This document shows positions 11,379 through 23,215 of a stretch of DNA of 64,000 bases, piece by piece. The notes beneath the pieces were generated by a model. That model ran no database searches. It saw only the letters and a program-made list of their open reading frames with translations, and was not told the DNA's origin. The first letter of the stretch is position 1; the number at the start of each line of letters is the position of its first letter. Location: the NCBI RefSeq assembly GCF_009914755.1, contig NC_060929.1, one strand, 5' to 3'. A program made the translations under genes and the position numbers. The stretch comes from the human T2T-CHM13v2.0 reference genome, Homo sapiens.

Positions 11379-12579
11379 TACATCAAATTTATTTTTGAAG
11401 CCTAGTGAACTGAAGCCTCATGTTGTTTCATTTCCTGGGGAGTGCTATCCTGTGCATTGAATACACAGCATTGTTTCTTTTGTGTTTGATGCAATCACTT
11501 TGGTAAAGATACAGCTGCCATCCCAATATGTATTTGTTTACTGAATTCATAGAATGAACAATCAGATGTAAAGTGCTTTATTGATTATCTTTTCCTATTC
11601 TCATGGCTTTGTCTATTGCTTTTATTTAATGTGTTGTTCCTTGCAATGTTTGAAGAGATTGGAGTGAGATTTGAAAATATTATTTTTATGTCTCTGGTTC
11701 TCTGTGTGAGAGTTTTCTTATTGATGGTTAAAAAGTGTGACATTTACTTAGCTTGCAGTTTTAAAGGTTAGTCCTCATAGATTTCCTAATCCATGAAATA
11801 AGGAAAGTTATTCTGGATTTCTTATAATTTAAGGCCCACATAAATAGCTGTCGATTATGTAATATACCCCAATTCTTTGTACACAGAGATGAAATTGGAT
11901 TTGTCAGTATGTACTGTCTCTAGGTATTTTGGGAGCTTTTCTATAAAGATTTAGATACTGATGATACAGCTGGACTTAGGTAGACAAATAGAATTTGGGG
12001 CTTTTGTTTCTTTGTTTTTCCATTGTCAAAATTCAAACACAGAAGTTAACATAAGAAAGAAGCTTTCTCTTAAGAGAACACAGGCTCCTTTCAAAACTCT
12101 GTAGAAAACAGCTTTTTAAAAAAGGGGTATGGGAAACAAAAATTTTGTTGGTGGTGGAGAAGGACAAAAGACACTTCTAGATTCTGAGCAGATAGTGCTA
12201 TGGAAAGCTGAGTTCCCAACCAATCTGGAATCTTGGAAATGGGCAGCGATGGATGGAGGGGAGGCCTGGTTTCTATGAGTGTGGGAAACTGACATTATTG
12301 GCTTGAGACTGTTTTCTTTTTTTCCCTCCTTTCCTGGCCTAAGGATGTGTTGCAAGCCTGAAAGAATGCAGGGTTTCTATATAAGTTTTGTACTATTTGC
12401 ACCAAAGAGAACATGATTTTATTTTCCAGATGGAGAGATGAGCAAATCTAAGAATATATGTTCTAAAAATTCTTAGCATTTTATGGTATAGAAACTAGAG
12501 CACCAATGTACTCAAGAGTATTTTAAAACTCATGAGCCTTATTTCTTTGCTTTCCGTTATATACCAATATGAATCATAA

Positions 12580-12725
12580 TCCTCCCTAAACATCAGAATC
12601 ACTTGGGAAGCTTCACACCCTGATCCCCAACCTGGACCAATTAAATCAGAATCTCTTTACAGTGCGCTCAGACATCAGTAGGCTTCAAATGAACCAGGTG
12701 ATTCTAGTATATCAGTAGAATTAAC
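12580..12725. mobile_element. MER5-type hAT-Charlie DNA transposon fragment
   Basis: 'catcagaatcacttggga...aaatcagaatctct...ccaggtgattcta'. Confidence 0.7.
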
Positions 12726-14611
12726 AATAATTAAATAATACAATACAGAGAATGGCACATCTGTTATTATTTTATCCTAATTGAGACAGTATATAGTCAG
12801 TACTTATGAAGCCTATTTACGCATTTTTTCACCATATGTGTAAGAGACAAGAATGTACTTAGAAATTTATATTTCAAAAAGTTTACGTGGAGCATTAAAA
12901 CGTTTTTTTAATTTAATGCAGTATTAAGAAGTAATTCCTGAGCTAGAGATCCATTTAAGATTAGTTTAGAGTGGGAAATATATGACTTCCATGCATTACT
13001 TTAACACTTTAAGTTTGTGTGATTCACTGGCTCAATGTCCATTGTAAAAAAAAAAGGAGAGTACATTTCAACAATAAATTGTTAAAAAGAGCAAAGTTTT
13101 AATTGTTTGCATTCAAAGAATATTGCTTAGGTATCAGTAATATGCTTAGGTATGAGTAATTCTAAAGTGATTATGTATATATAATGTTATGTTAATTATA
13201 TGAAAATTATTCATTTATAGCTTTTATTCAGATTTTCTGATGGTGCAGTTAAGCTAAACTATCCAATAAAATATCCCAACATTGCCAGAAATGTTATATT
13301 CTTCATGATCTCCCTCAAATTTTTTTCTATATATCATGTTGACAAATTTTAGTAAACATATATATCAGTATTTTCCACATGTGCTTTTAAAAAAGTTTAT
13401 CTGTTCATCTTTTAAACTTTTATTCTAAGGAAATAGAAGTCAATTTTCAGTGTTCAGGAAAATGATATTCTTCAACATCAAATATCCAAATGATATTTTC
13501 TGTTCATTATGTTTTTTCTTTATAATCAGCTTATATTTTCCACACTAGCTTTAACAAAATTTAAATTTTTATTCTTGTGTTTTTGTGGTCTTTAGCTAAG
13601 ACAATAAAAGTCATTTTCTGACATTCAGGATATAAGTTAATAACAACAACATTATAATCATTATGATCACTATGTATATTTGAATGTACATTTAATATGA
13701 AAGATAGTAAGTGTAAACAATTCACAATGCTCTTCTCTGACTCTGTAGTAATTATTGGTAGAAATCAATATTGTCAGTTAATAAACTTGAACTGGAGCCT
13801 GGTACAAGATGATGTGGATAGAAAAAAAATTGTAACACAAGAGACCATAAAAAATATGAAGTATTCTAACAGCAAAGAGCTTGGTACATCACTGGTTGCT
13901 TATGGCATAACAGAAACCTTTGAAAAAACATATTTACTCAAAAATTCACATTGTATCTTTCATCATTGTGCTTTAACAGTCATATAACAAAGTTCGGAGA
14001 CATGTAATCTAATTAAATGGGTACAAAAATGGCTTCCAATGGCCTTACAAATGATCCCGGTAAATAATAACAAGAGAAAGAGACCATTTTCATATTAGTG
14101 AAGATGACAATTTTATTCTTTTGTGCTCAGAGAGCTACTTGAAAGAAGGGTTTCTTTGGTTTAACTCTGTATTACCTTTAGATTAAAATGGACTTCACGA
14201 TTTTACCTTTGATAGTTGCTAAGCAAGTCATCACCAGGCCTCCTGATGTAATGACATGTAGATATTCTTACCTCTTGATTTTTGTCAGTTCCTGAAGAAG
14301 AAACTAGCAGTTTGACTTGGGGACATATTTTCACTCCGTACTTGAAATTTATGTTAATATTGAAGACCCTTTGCTTTTTCTGGCCAGGTTGTTTATTGGC
14401 TCAGTGGATAGAAATAGCACTTGCTGATACGCTCCTTCAGCCTGTTTCTTCATTTAACAAAACAGCAAACACACAAGGAATTTTTTTAAGTTGTTCAACT
14501 GCCGTATCACACCACTATACCTGATCTTTGAAAAGAGACATTTTGGGTTTTCAGGGATCTCCATTCAGAGAAGAATTCTGTGGTTCAAAAGAGAGGGGTC
14601 TGAGAAAAAGT

Positions 14612-15330
14612 AACATTTACTAAGCAACCATTTTATGCAATGCTGAGTATTTTACATATGCTACTTTAATTCTCATAATAACTCTTGTCAAATAAAAATT
14701 GCATAGGACAGGTTAAACAGACAAGAAAGATTTTATTCAAATTGTTTCAAGAGAAGTTAAGATTAGTTCAATAAGGAGAAAGATTGAATTCAACTTCTTG
14801 GAGAAAAAAGGCAGGCTGTTTTTGCCACTGCTCTAAGCTATTGTGGGAAGGAGGTTGGTCAATGTGATTAGGTCATCTGTGTTTGCTAATTACCACTTAT
14901 CAAAGTTAAGCTCTTACCCTCTGATAGACACTGGGATATAGGGACATTATACATAGGGACACTATCTTTTTTGATGATTACATTTCAAAGGAATGGTTCC
15001 CAGATTGAGAAGATCTTCCTAGGTTGTAAAACTGGAAAGAGGCTGGGAGAAAATTTACATCTCAAAGGAGCAAGGGAAATCTACAATTGAAGGGTTTCTA
15101 AACTAAATGCTCTAAGAAAAGTGATGTCAGAGGCTTGCAGTCTTATTTAACATTTAGAAGGGCTTAGGGGGCTATGAAGGCCATCTTGTTCACCATTAAA
15201 GTTACTTACTAAGAGCCTGAGGTTTGGAGGTGTTACTTTTGCTTGCTCTAGTCTCCCAGCTATTACATGATGGAGTAGAGACGTGACCATAATTCTAATA
15301 TGTTCCATAGCTTGTGATTTTACCAATACA
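14612..15330 (-). mobile_element. MIR split by an LTR insertion
   Basis: MIR tail-like sequence at 14612-14685 and core-like sequence at 15193-15330 flank the LTR. Confidence 0.5.
14686..15192 (-). mobile_element. ERV1 MER4-group solo LTR (MER67/MER31-like)
   Basis: TGTCA...TTCA ends, ~507 bp, minus-strand AATAAA near the left end, block 'gattacatttcaaaggaatggttcccag'. Confidence 0.65.
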
Positions 15331-16967
15331 CTTCAGGCTTACAAAAGTCCTCCATGGGAGGAGAATGCTGGCCCATATAGGAGGGATTGTCAGAGAATGG
15401 GTCCCAAAGCTCTTCTAGATACTTTTGGAGAAACAAAGTTCTCTCTAAAGTTCTGTTCATTTAAAACTATTGTAAGCCACATGTTCTATGGCTTTCAACA
15501 ACTGGAATATTTCACCAACTTAAAAACAGATGACATTTTAAGGCAGGAAGAGCCATATAATCTGCCTGACTGTTATGTTCCGTATTTTTAATAACGGCTT
15601 CTTACAGACAGCACATGAGTCTCTAGGATATTTATGACATAGCTCTAGGAAATTTCCGTTTACCCTCTTTAAATGAAAATTTGGGTCTGCACTACTCAAG
15701 AGTTAAGACACTATTTTTGATAGGGGAAGAAGAAAAGAACAAGTAAAGACAATTATTTCAATTGTTAGTAAAGATAATTTCTTTTATTAAAACCTTAAGG
15801 GAAACACAGTATGAAAAAGTTGCCAGGGGCTCTTAAGGGGCAATTCTCTTGCATATGGGAATGAGGCTTGTCAGCTGGGAAAACATCCTGGGGTCAGATC
15901 CAGGTGGTGGGCTATAAACCAATGGCCTGGTGAGAGAGAAGTCTTCATCTCAATTAGTTACTGTTTGGTTTTTAGCTTCTAAGAATGAAAAAACAAAAGT
16001 ATAATTTTCTCTGTACAGGATCAGTGTACATGAAAAGATAAATATTTTCACTGTAATAATTTGTCTTGATTTTTAATGTAACAAATGATAACCATCTAAT
16101 TTGTCAGTATTTCTGATGACAGTGAAAACGCCATTCTCATCCCAGTTAAATCTCCTAAATTTAGTAGCCTTCAGGGTTGTACATTTGCCTTGGGAATTCC
16201 CAGTCATGTATTTACTATAAAGTAGTCAGTGTTGTTCATTACTCCTTGCTCTTTACCTTAGGTTACATGAAAGACAAAAAGTTCCTCTTTGTGGTAATGA
16301 ATTTATCAAAAACTTTAAAAGTTAAATCAAATGTTCTAGTTATGGCTAGCAGTTATTTATCTCAACTTTTCAATAGAGTGGTGATTAGTTGCTTTTATCC
16401 TCTTTTTATAATAGCAGTAATGAGCTCCTGGTTGAATTTTAATTGTCAGAAAATGATTTCCTTAGGATATCTTGCATGAAATTCTCTCAAAACATCTTTA
16501 CTTGAATATGTGAATGTTCCAGTAAACCTCAGACAGGAAAAGCTAAAAATTTTATTAATGTTGAGGAAATAAAAGGGAAAGTGTAAAGGAGACACTTGTA
16601 ATTTTATGAAGTAAGTGTACAAAGCGATTATCAAATTCTGTAAACATTAAAGAAAGATATTTGTGGATTAAGCATTTCAGTTTCAGAACCCAATCCTACC
16701 AAAGGAGACCAGAATTAAACTAAGTTTACATGCACAACTTAGATTTTTTTAAGAGTTTGTGGAAATTGCAGAGTAAAAGGAGGTTCCTGAGCATTATCAA
16801 ACGCATTTAGTTTAAATTAGCACTTGGTTATACTGGAATCCCTGGGCCATTCTTAATTGATCATCTACAGATGATGCAAAAACTTGTAGGAAGTCTTTGC
16901 GGGAAATAATTTTATTGTTTGTTCAAAATATCTTCTGAATTTATCTTTACTCTTTACTCTTTGGTAC

Positions 16968-17273
16968 TTTTTTTTTTTTTTTTTTTTTTTTTGAGACAGA
17001 GTCTTGCTCTGTGGTCCAGGCTGGAGTGCAGTGGCGCAATCTCGGCTCACTGCAAGCTCCAGCTCCTGGGTTCATGCCGTTCTCCTTCCTCAGCCTCCTG
17101 AGTAGCTGGGACTACAGGCGCCCGCCACCACGCCTGGCTAATTTTTTGTATTTTTAGTACAGACGGGGTTTCACCATGTTAGCCAGGATGGTCTCGATCT
17201 CCTGACCTCGCGATCTGCCCGCCTGGGCCTCCCAAAGTACTAGGATTACAGGTGTGAGCCACCGCACCCGGCC
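16968..17273 (-). mobile_element. AluY, full length, no matching TSD
   Basis: T25 tail; AluY diagnostics 'ctgcaagctcc' and 'gttagccaggatggtctcgatctcctgacctcg'. Confidence 0.92.
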
Positions 17274-17289
17274 GCAATTAAGCTTCTTA

Positions 17290-18220
17290 ATTTTATTTTA
17301 CTTTGTTATTTTTTAAAAACAATTATATGGATACACATTAGTTGTTCATATTTATGGGGTACATGTGACATTTTGATACAAGCTTACAATATGAGATGAT
17401 CAAATCTAGGTAATTGTGATGCTCATCATCTCAAATATTTATCATTTCTTTATGTTGTGACCATTCTAGATCTTCCAGTTTTTTTAAATATACAATGAAT
17501 TATTGTTAGCTATAGTCTCCTCTTAGTCTACCAAACACTAGATCTTATTCTTTTTATCTAGCTATATTTTTGTACCTGTTAACCAAACCCTCTTCCTCCC
17601 TACTCTTTATTACCCTTCCCAGCCTCTGGTAACCACCATTTTACTCTCTACCTTCACAGGATCAGGTTTTTTTCAGCTCACATATGAGTGAGAACATAGG
17701 ATAGTTGTCTTTCTATGCGTGATTTATTTCACTTGACATAATAATCTCCAGTTTCACCCATGTTGCTGTAAATGACAGGATTTCATTTTTTATTGCTCAA
17801 TAATATTCCATTGTATTTAAATATCACATTTTCTTTATAAATTTATCCATGATGGGCACTTAGGTTGATTCCATATCTTGGATATTGTGAACTGCAATAA
17901 ACAGGAGCGTAGATATGTCTTCAATATATTGATTTCCTATCTTTTGGATATATAACCACCAGTGAGATTGCTGGATCATGTGGTAGTTCTATTTTTAGTT
18001 TTTTGAGGCTTCTCTATACTATTTTTCATGGTGGCTGTACTAATTTACATTCCTACCAACAGTGTATGAGCTTTCCCCTTTTTCCGTATCCTTGCCAGCA
18101 TTTGTTATTTTCTGTCTTTTTGATAAAAGCCGTTTTGACTTGGATGAAATGATATATTTTTATCATGTGAATTTCCCTGATGACTTTGCATTTCTCTGAT
18201 GATTAGTGATGTTTAGCATC
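17290..18220 (-). mobile_element. L1MA (MA3-5-like) 3' end, 5'-truncated
   Basis: 'tttatggggtacatgtgacattttgataca...gatcaaatc' 3' UTR, continuing into the ORF2 end ('ctgatgattagtgatg'). Confidence 0.85.
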
Positions 18221-18573
18221 ATAGCTCCAGGGGTACAACCGGCTGGTGCATAGTACATACAAGGCTTTTTAAAAATTTTATCATTTTAGTGGGAGGAAAG
18301 GGGAGGATCTCGAAGTTGTTTTTGGTTACTGAAAATCTCATAGGCTCTAGGTACTCTTCCCAAAGTATCCAGTGGAAAAAACATAGTCATTATGGGGGCA
18401 TGTGACAAGCAGGAAAGTTTATAGACCTTCTAAAAGGATTAAAATTAGAAATATTTTTAAAAATTTTAGCCAGCTTATCTGAACTACCACATGCATGGTA
18501 GCTCACTGATCTCACTCCAAGTTACACTCTAGTGTGTTAGTATTACAGATGTCTCTATAGAACTTACTGCTGC

Positions 18574-19250
18574 TGTATTAGTTTTCTATTGCTGCTGTAA
18601 CAAGTATGACAAGATTAGTCGCTCAAAAAGACACAAATGTATTATTATTATTTTTTAAATTCAGTCCCACAGTGATTGTTAAAAATTGCCAAAGTCGAAT
18701 ATCAGACTTCAAGTCATCATGGTGAGACATTGAGAAAAGTTTTCAGTTAGCAAGAATCATACCTTGGATAAACCTCAGTGGGTGTAATACTGCCTCTTTG
18801 TGAAGTTTGTATTATCTTATAATTCTTATACGCAGAAGTCTAAAATGGGTTTCACTGGACTAAAATCAAAGAGTTAGTAGGGCTCTGGTCCTTTGTGGAG
18901 AATCCACTCTTTTTTTTTTTCCCCCCTCAGCTTCTAATGGCAGCCTGCAGTCCTTGGCCCATGGTCTGTTCCTCCATTTTCAAAGCCAGCAAAAGACTGG
19001 TTAAGTCTTTCTCACATTGCATCACTCTGACTCTGGGTCTTCTGCCTTCCTCTTCAACATGTAAAATTCTCTTGTTATATTGGTCTCACTGGATAATGCA
19101 GAAAAATTTTTTCCCATCTCAAGGTTAGTAGATTAGCAACTTTTATTTCATCTGCAATTTTAATTCCCCTTTGCCATATAACAGCATATTCATGGAGTAT
19201 GGGGATTAGAATGTGGGCATCTTTGGAGAGCCATCATTGTGCCTAACACA
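18574..19250 (-). mobile_element. MLT1C/D-like MaLR solo LTR, interrupted by the U4 retrocopy
   Basis: 'tgtattagttttctattgctgctgtaacaa' ... 'attgtgcctaacaca'. Confidence 0.8.
18662..18807 (-). pseudogene. U4 snRNA processed pseudogene, full length
   Basis: Minus strand matches U4 blocks GGCAGTAT, TGAGGTTTATCC, TTGCTAA.TGAAAACTTTTC.CAAT and TTGGCAATTTTT (Sm site) and ends in GACTG. A-rich tail; TSD TGTATTAT at 18638-18645 and 18808-18815. Confidence 0.92.
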
Positions 19251-19539
19251 ACTACAATTATTTAATTTATAATTTACTTGATTTTTTCTGTTTTCTCCCA
19301 CCAGATTATAGACTCAGTGTAGAGTAGTAATCATGTCTGTCTCTTTCATTTTCTGGTGATTAACTATTGGTTGGATGAAGACTGAATAAAGGAATGAAAA
19401 CAATATGAGGTATCTAATGCGATGTTTGCCATGATTTTAGCTTGCCAAATTAATACTACTACCCCAAGCTGATTAAGTTAAGAACTATTTGAGATTTACC
19501 CAAACATTCAGCAGAAGGATATTAATCAGTATGTCACTT

Positions 19540-19920
19540 TATTACTCATAAAACTTAGATATGCGATCTGGGCCATATAGTCCTATAGATACATCTCTCT
19601 TGGATTGGACACACTTGGCCACCAAGTCTGAAGCTGCCTGAAGCTGTGCTGTACAAAGTCCTGCTTTTATTATAGAGGCAAGCCTTGTAGTGCATAAGAG
19701 ATAGTCCATGAGATAGTCTATGATCTGCAAAGCAGAGGGGGCTAAGCCAAGAATGACCTTCTTTTCCTCCAAATTCACCAATCAGATAACTTACACTTCT
19801 CTTTACAGGGAGGGATACGGGATTTACAGAGAGAGGCCAGGAATGTGTCTCTATGGAGCCCCTCCCATGGACATTTGAAGTGAGAGAAAAGGCAATTTCC
19901 TCTCCCATTTCCACACCCAG
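19540..19920. mobile_element. Possible ancient LTR relic (MamGyp/LTR85-like)
   Basis: The block 'ttggccaccaagtctgaagctgcctgaagctgtgctgta' resembles old eutherian LTRs from recall only. Confidence 0.3.
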
Positions 19921-20055
19921 AAAATTCTGTGTCTAAGTTATTATGTTAGCCTTAATTTGACCACCTGTGTGTCATATTTTTCCTCTTATTGACAAGTTTC
20001 TGACTGTATGTTTTTAGTGCTCTGTATATCACTAATGACTGGGCTAAATTCAGAC

Positions 20056-21241
20056 TTTTTTTATCATATAAGTTTGAGGTATACAACATGATGTTTTGGT
20101 ATACGTATACATAGTGAAATGCTTACTACGTGTAAGCAATTTTACATATCCATCACCTTCTATAGTTACCTCCTTTGTGCATGGTAAGAGAACTTAAAAT
20201 CTACTCTTTAGCAAATTTTCAATATATAATACACAATACACAATATGCAATAATACAATACTATTAACTATGGTTTTCCTATTGTACATTAGATCTCTAG
20301 ACTTATTTATTCTACATAAATGCAAGTTTGTACCCTTTGACCTACATCTATACGTTTCTTTCCCACTGTTGTACTGTTTCTATGTATTTGACTTTTTCTC
20401 TTCTTTCTTTCATTTTATTTTTTAGATTCCACATATGAGTAAGACTATGCACAGCAAAGGAAGTAATCAACAAAAAGAAGGGGAACCTTACAGATTGGGA
20501 AAAATATATGTGAACTATATACCTGATAAGGGTGTATAAATATATGTTTAATATTCAAAATATATAACAAACACAATTCAATAGTAAAAGAAAAAAAATC
20601 CAATTTTAAAATGGGAAAAGGATCTGAATTAACATTTTTCCAAAGAAGACATACAAATGAAAAACAGATATATGAAAAGGTGCTCAACATCACTAATCAT
20701 CACTAATAATTAGGGAAATATAAATCAAAACCACAATGAGTTATCATTTATACTTGGTTAGCTAGCTATTATCAAAAAGTCAATTGATAATAAGTGTTGG
20801 CAAGAGTGTTGAGAAAAGGGAACCTTTGCACACTGTTGATAGGAATGTAAATTGGTACAGCCATTATTGGAGACAATATAGAGGTTTCTAAAAAAGTTAA
20901 AAATAGAACGGCCATATGACCTAGCATATACGTATATGACCAAAGGAAATAAAATTAGTAACTTGAAGAGATATCTGCACTCCTGTCTTCATTGCACCAT
21001 TATTCACAGTAGCCAAAATGTGAAAACAACCTGGGCTCATGGACAGATGAATGGATAAAATAATTGTGAGGCACAACACAAACACACACATACACACGCA
21101 CATATATTATTTAACCTTAAAAAAGAAGAAAATACTGCCATTTGTGACAACATGGATGAACTTGGAGGACATAATTCTAAGTAAAATAAGCCAGACATAG
21201 AAATAAAAATACTGCATAATTTCACTTACGTGTAAAATCTA
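20056..21241 (-). mobile_element. L1MA8/9-like element with 5' inversion
   Basis: 20056-20444 is L1 3' UTR on minus; 20445-21241 is the ORF2 end on plus; TSD core TTCAGACT at 20049-20056 and 21244-21251. Confidence 0.85.
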
Positions 21242-21559
21242 TTTTCAGACTCTTGTAACCTAGATACATAAATGTAGCATAGTATATCTATAATCTGTAC
21301 ATATTCAAGGCTCTTAACTTTCCTTTCATGGGCTAGGGAAAGAACATCCTCACTAATCCAGACAAGTTTTCAGGTACACAGAAGAATTATTTTTTCTTAA
21401 TAAGAAATAGTAAATATAAAGTGATAACATTGTTTTCTTGATCTTTATAGTTCTCCATTTTAAAAAATAGTAAAATCCATATTATATGTGGGAAATAGAA
21501 ATTGAAAATCAGAAAATTTGTGAAGTTTTAATTTTAAAACTTGTGTGATTAAACCATTC

Positions 21560-21670
21560 ATATTGTGGACAAAGAATCTGAGTCCGAAAGGCAGTAAGTA
21601 GCTTGCCCAAGTTTCCATAGCTCCACAGTGACCCAGAGCTAGAACCAGGGCCTTTCACTCAGTAGTTTTT
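21560..21670 (-). mobile_element. MIR fragment
   Basis: 'ctgagtccgaaaggcagtaagtagcttgcccaagtttccatagct'. Confidence 0.6.
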
Positions 21671-22380
21671 CCTCCTTTTCTGTTTGTTTCATAGTACATC
21701 TTTTTATATGATAATTTTAAGGTTAATAATTGTTAAGATTAATAGTATATGACTACTATAACAATTTGAGCATTTAAATATGTAATAGTACAATTAATAA
21801 ATAAGAACATATTTAGAGTGCCATGAAAGCATGTGAATGCACTTTAACTTTCATAAGCAATCTTTTTCCAAGTGGTTCTCCTGTATCAAAAACCAGATTT
21901 ATATTTGAAAACTGTTCCCTGTTCAAAGTTTTGATACATTTCCGAGACCCATGAAAATTCCTAGTGTTCCTAGATTTATATACTTGATATTTTATAATCA
22001 GAAAACAATTATAAGGAAAAATTCTGTAATGTAATGTCTTTTTTTTTAGGAAAACAATTTCTTCTTTGTGCTTGATATATTTATAATATGATATTAAATC
22101 ACAATATTAAGTTCACTAAAAGAAATAGCCAAAATGGCAAGTGTGATTGTTATAGTTGATAATTAATATTGAGCAATTTATTAGAATATTTATTAAAATC
22201 AAATATAATAGAACATAATGTAAAATGTATAATCTGAACTAATTTAATATTCTGATAAAGAAGGTATTGTGATCAAAATCACCTTTTGCCAACATTGACT
22301 TGGAGTGGGAGGTATAGAAATTTATTGGTTGCCTGTGTATGACTCCTGTAAGTGACAACTCTGTTTAAATTTTGAACTCT

Positions 22381-23215
22381 GAAATGCAAATCAAAACCAC
22401 AATGAGATACCATCTTGCACCAGTCAGAATGGTGATTATTAAAAAGTCAAGAACAATAGATGCTGGTGAGGTTGTGGAGAAATAGGGACATTTTTACACT
22501 GTTGGTGAGAATATTAATTAGTTCAACCATTGTAGAAGACAGTATGGTGATTCCTCAAGGATCTAGAACCAAAAAATGCTATTTGATCCAGCAATTCCAT
22601 TACTGCATATATACCCAAAGGAATATAAATCATTCTACTATAAAGACACATGCACACATATGTTTACTGCAGCACTATTTACAATAGGAAAGACATGGAA
22701 CCAACTCAAAGGCCCATCAATGATAGACTGGATAAAGAAAATGTGGCACATATACACCACGGAATACTATCCAGCATAAAAAGGAATAAGATCATGTACT
22801 TTGCAGGGACATAGATGAAACTGGAAGCCATCATCCTTAGCAAACTAACACAGGAACAGAAAACCAAACACTACATGTTCTCACTCATAAATGGGAGTTG
22901 AAAAATGAGAACACATGGACACAGGGAGGAGAACAACACACACCAGGGCCTGTTGGTGGTGGGGGGTGAGGGGAGGGAACTTAGAGGACAGGTCAATAGG
23001 TGCAGCAAACCACCATGGCACACGTATATCTATGTAACAAAACTGCACATTCTGCACATGTATCCCAGAACTTAAAAAAAAAAAAGTCGTAGCCATAGCC
23101 AAGGTCATCTAGATTTTCTCTTTTGTTATCATCTCCTCTGTTAGGAGTCTATAGTTTTCTGTTTTACACTTAGATCTGTGTTCTATAAAACTTTATTTAC
23201 AGACAGTATAAAAAA
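22381..23215 (+). mobile_element. 5'-truncated L1PA (PA8-10-like) carrying a 3' transduction
   Basis: ORF2 end and 3' UTR up to A12 (23074-23085), ~124 bp of extra sequence, a second short A-tail, and an 18-bp TSD TAAATTTTGAACTCTGAA at 22366-22383 and 23216-23233. Confidence 0.9.

Noticed and set aside
13697-16479. 96-102 aa ORFs at 13697, 15283 and 16177
   Set aside because: No recognisable homology or splice context; lengths are within chance expectation for 64 kb in six frames.
20445-23108. ORFs at 20445-21225 and 22460-23108
   Set aside because: Decayed L1 ORF2 C-terminus or 3' UTR in sense or antisense.
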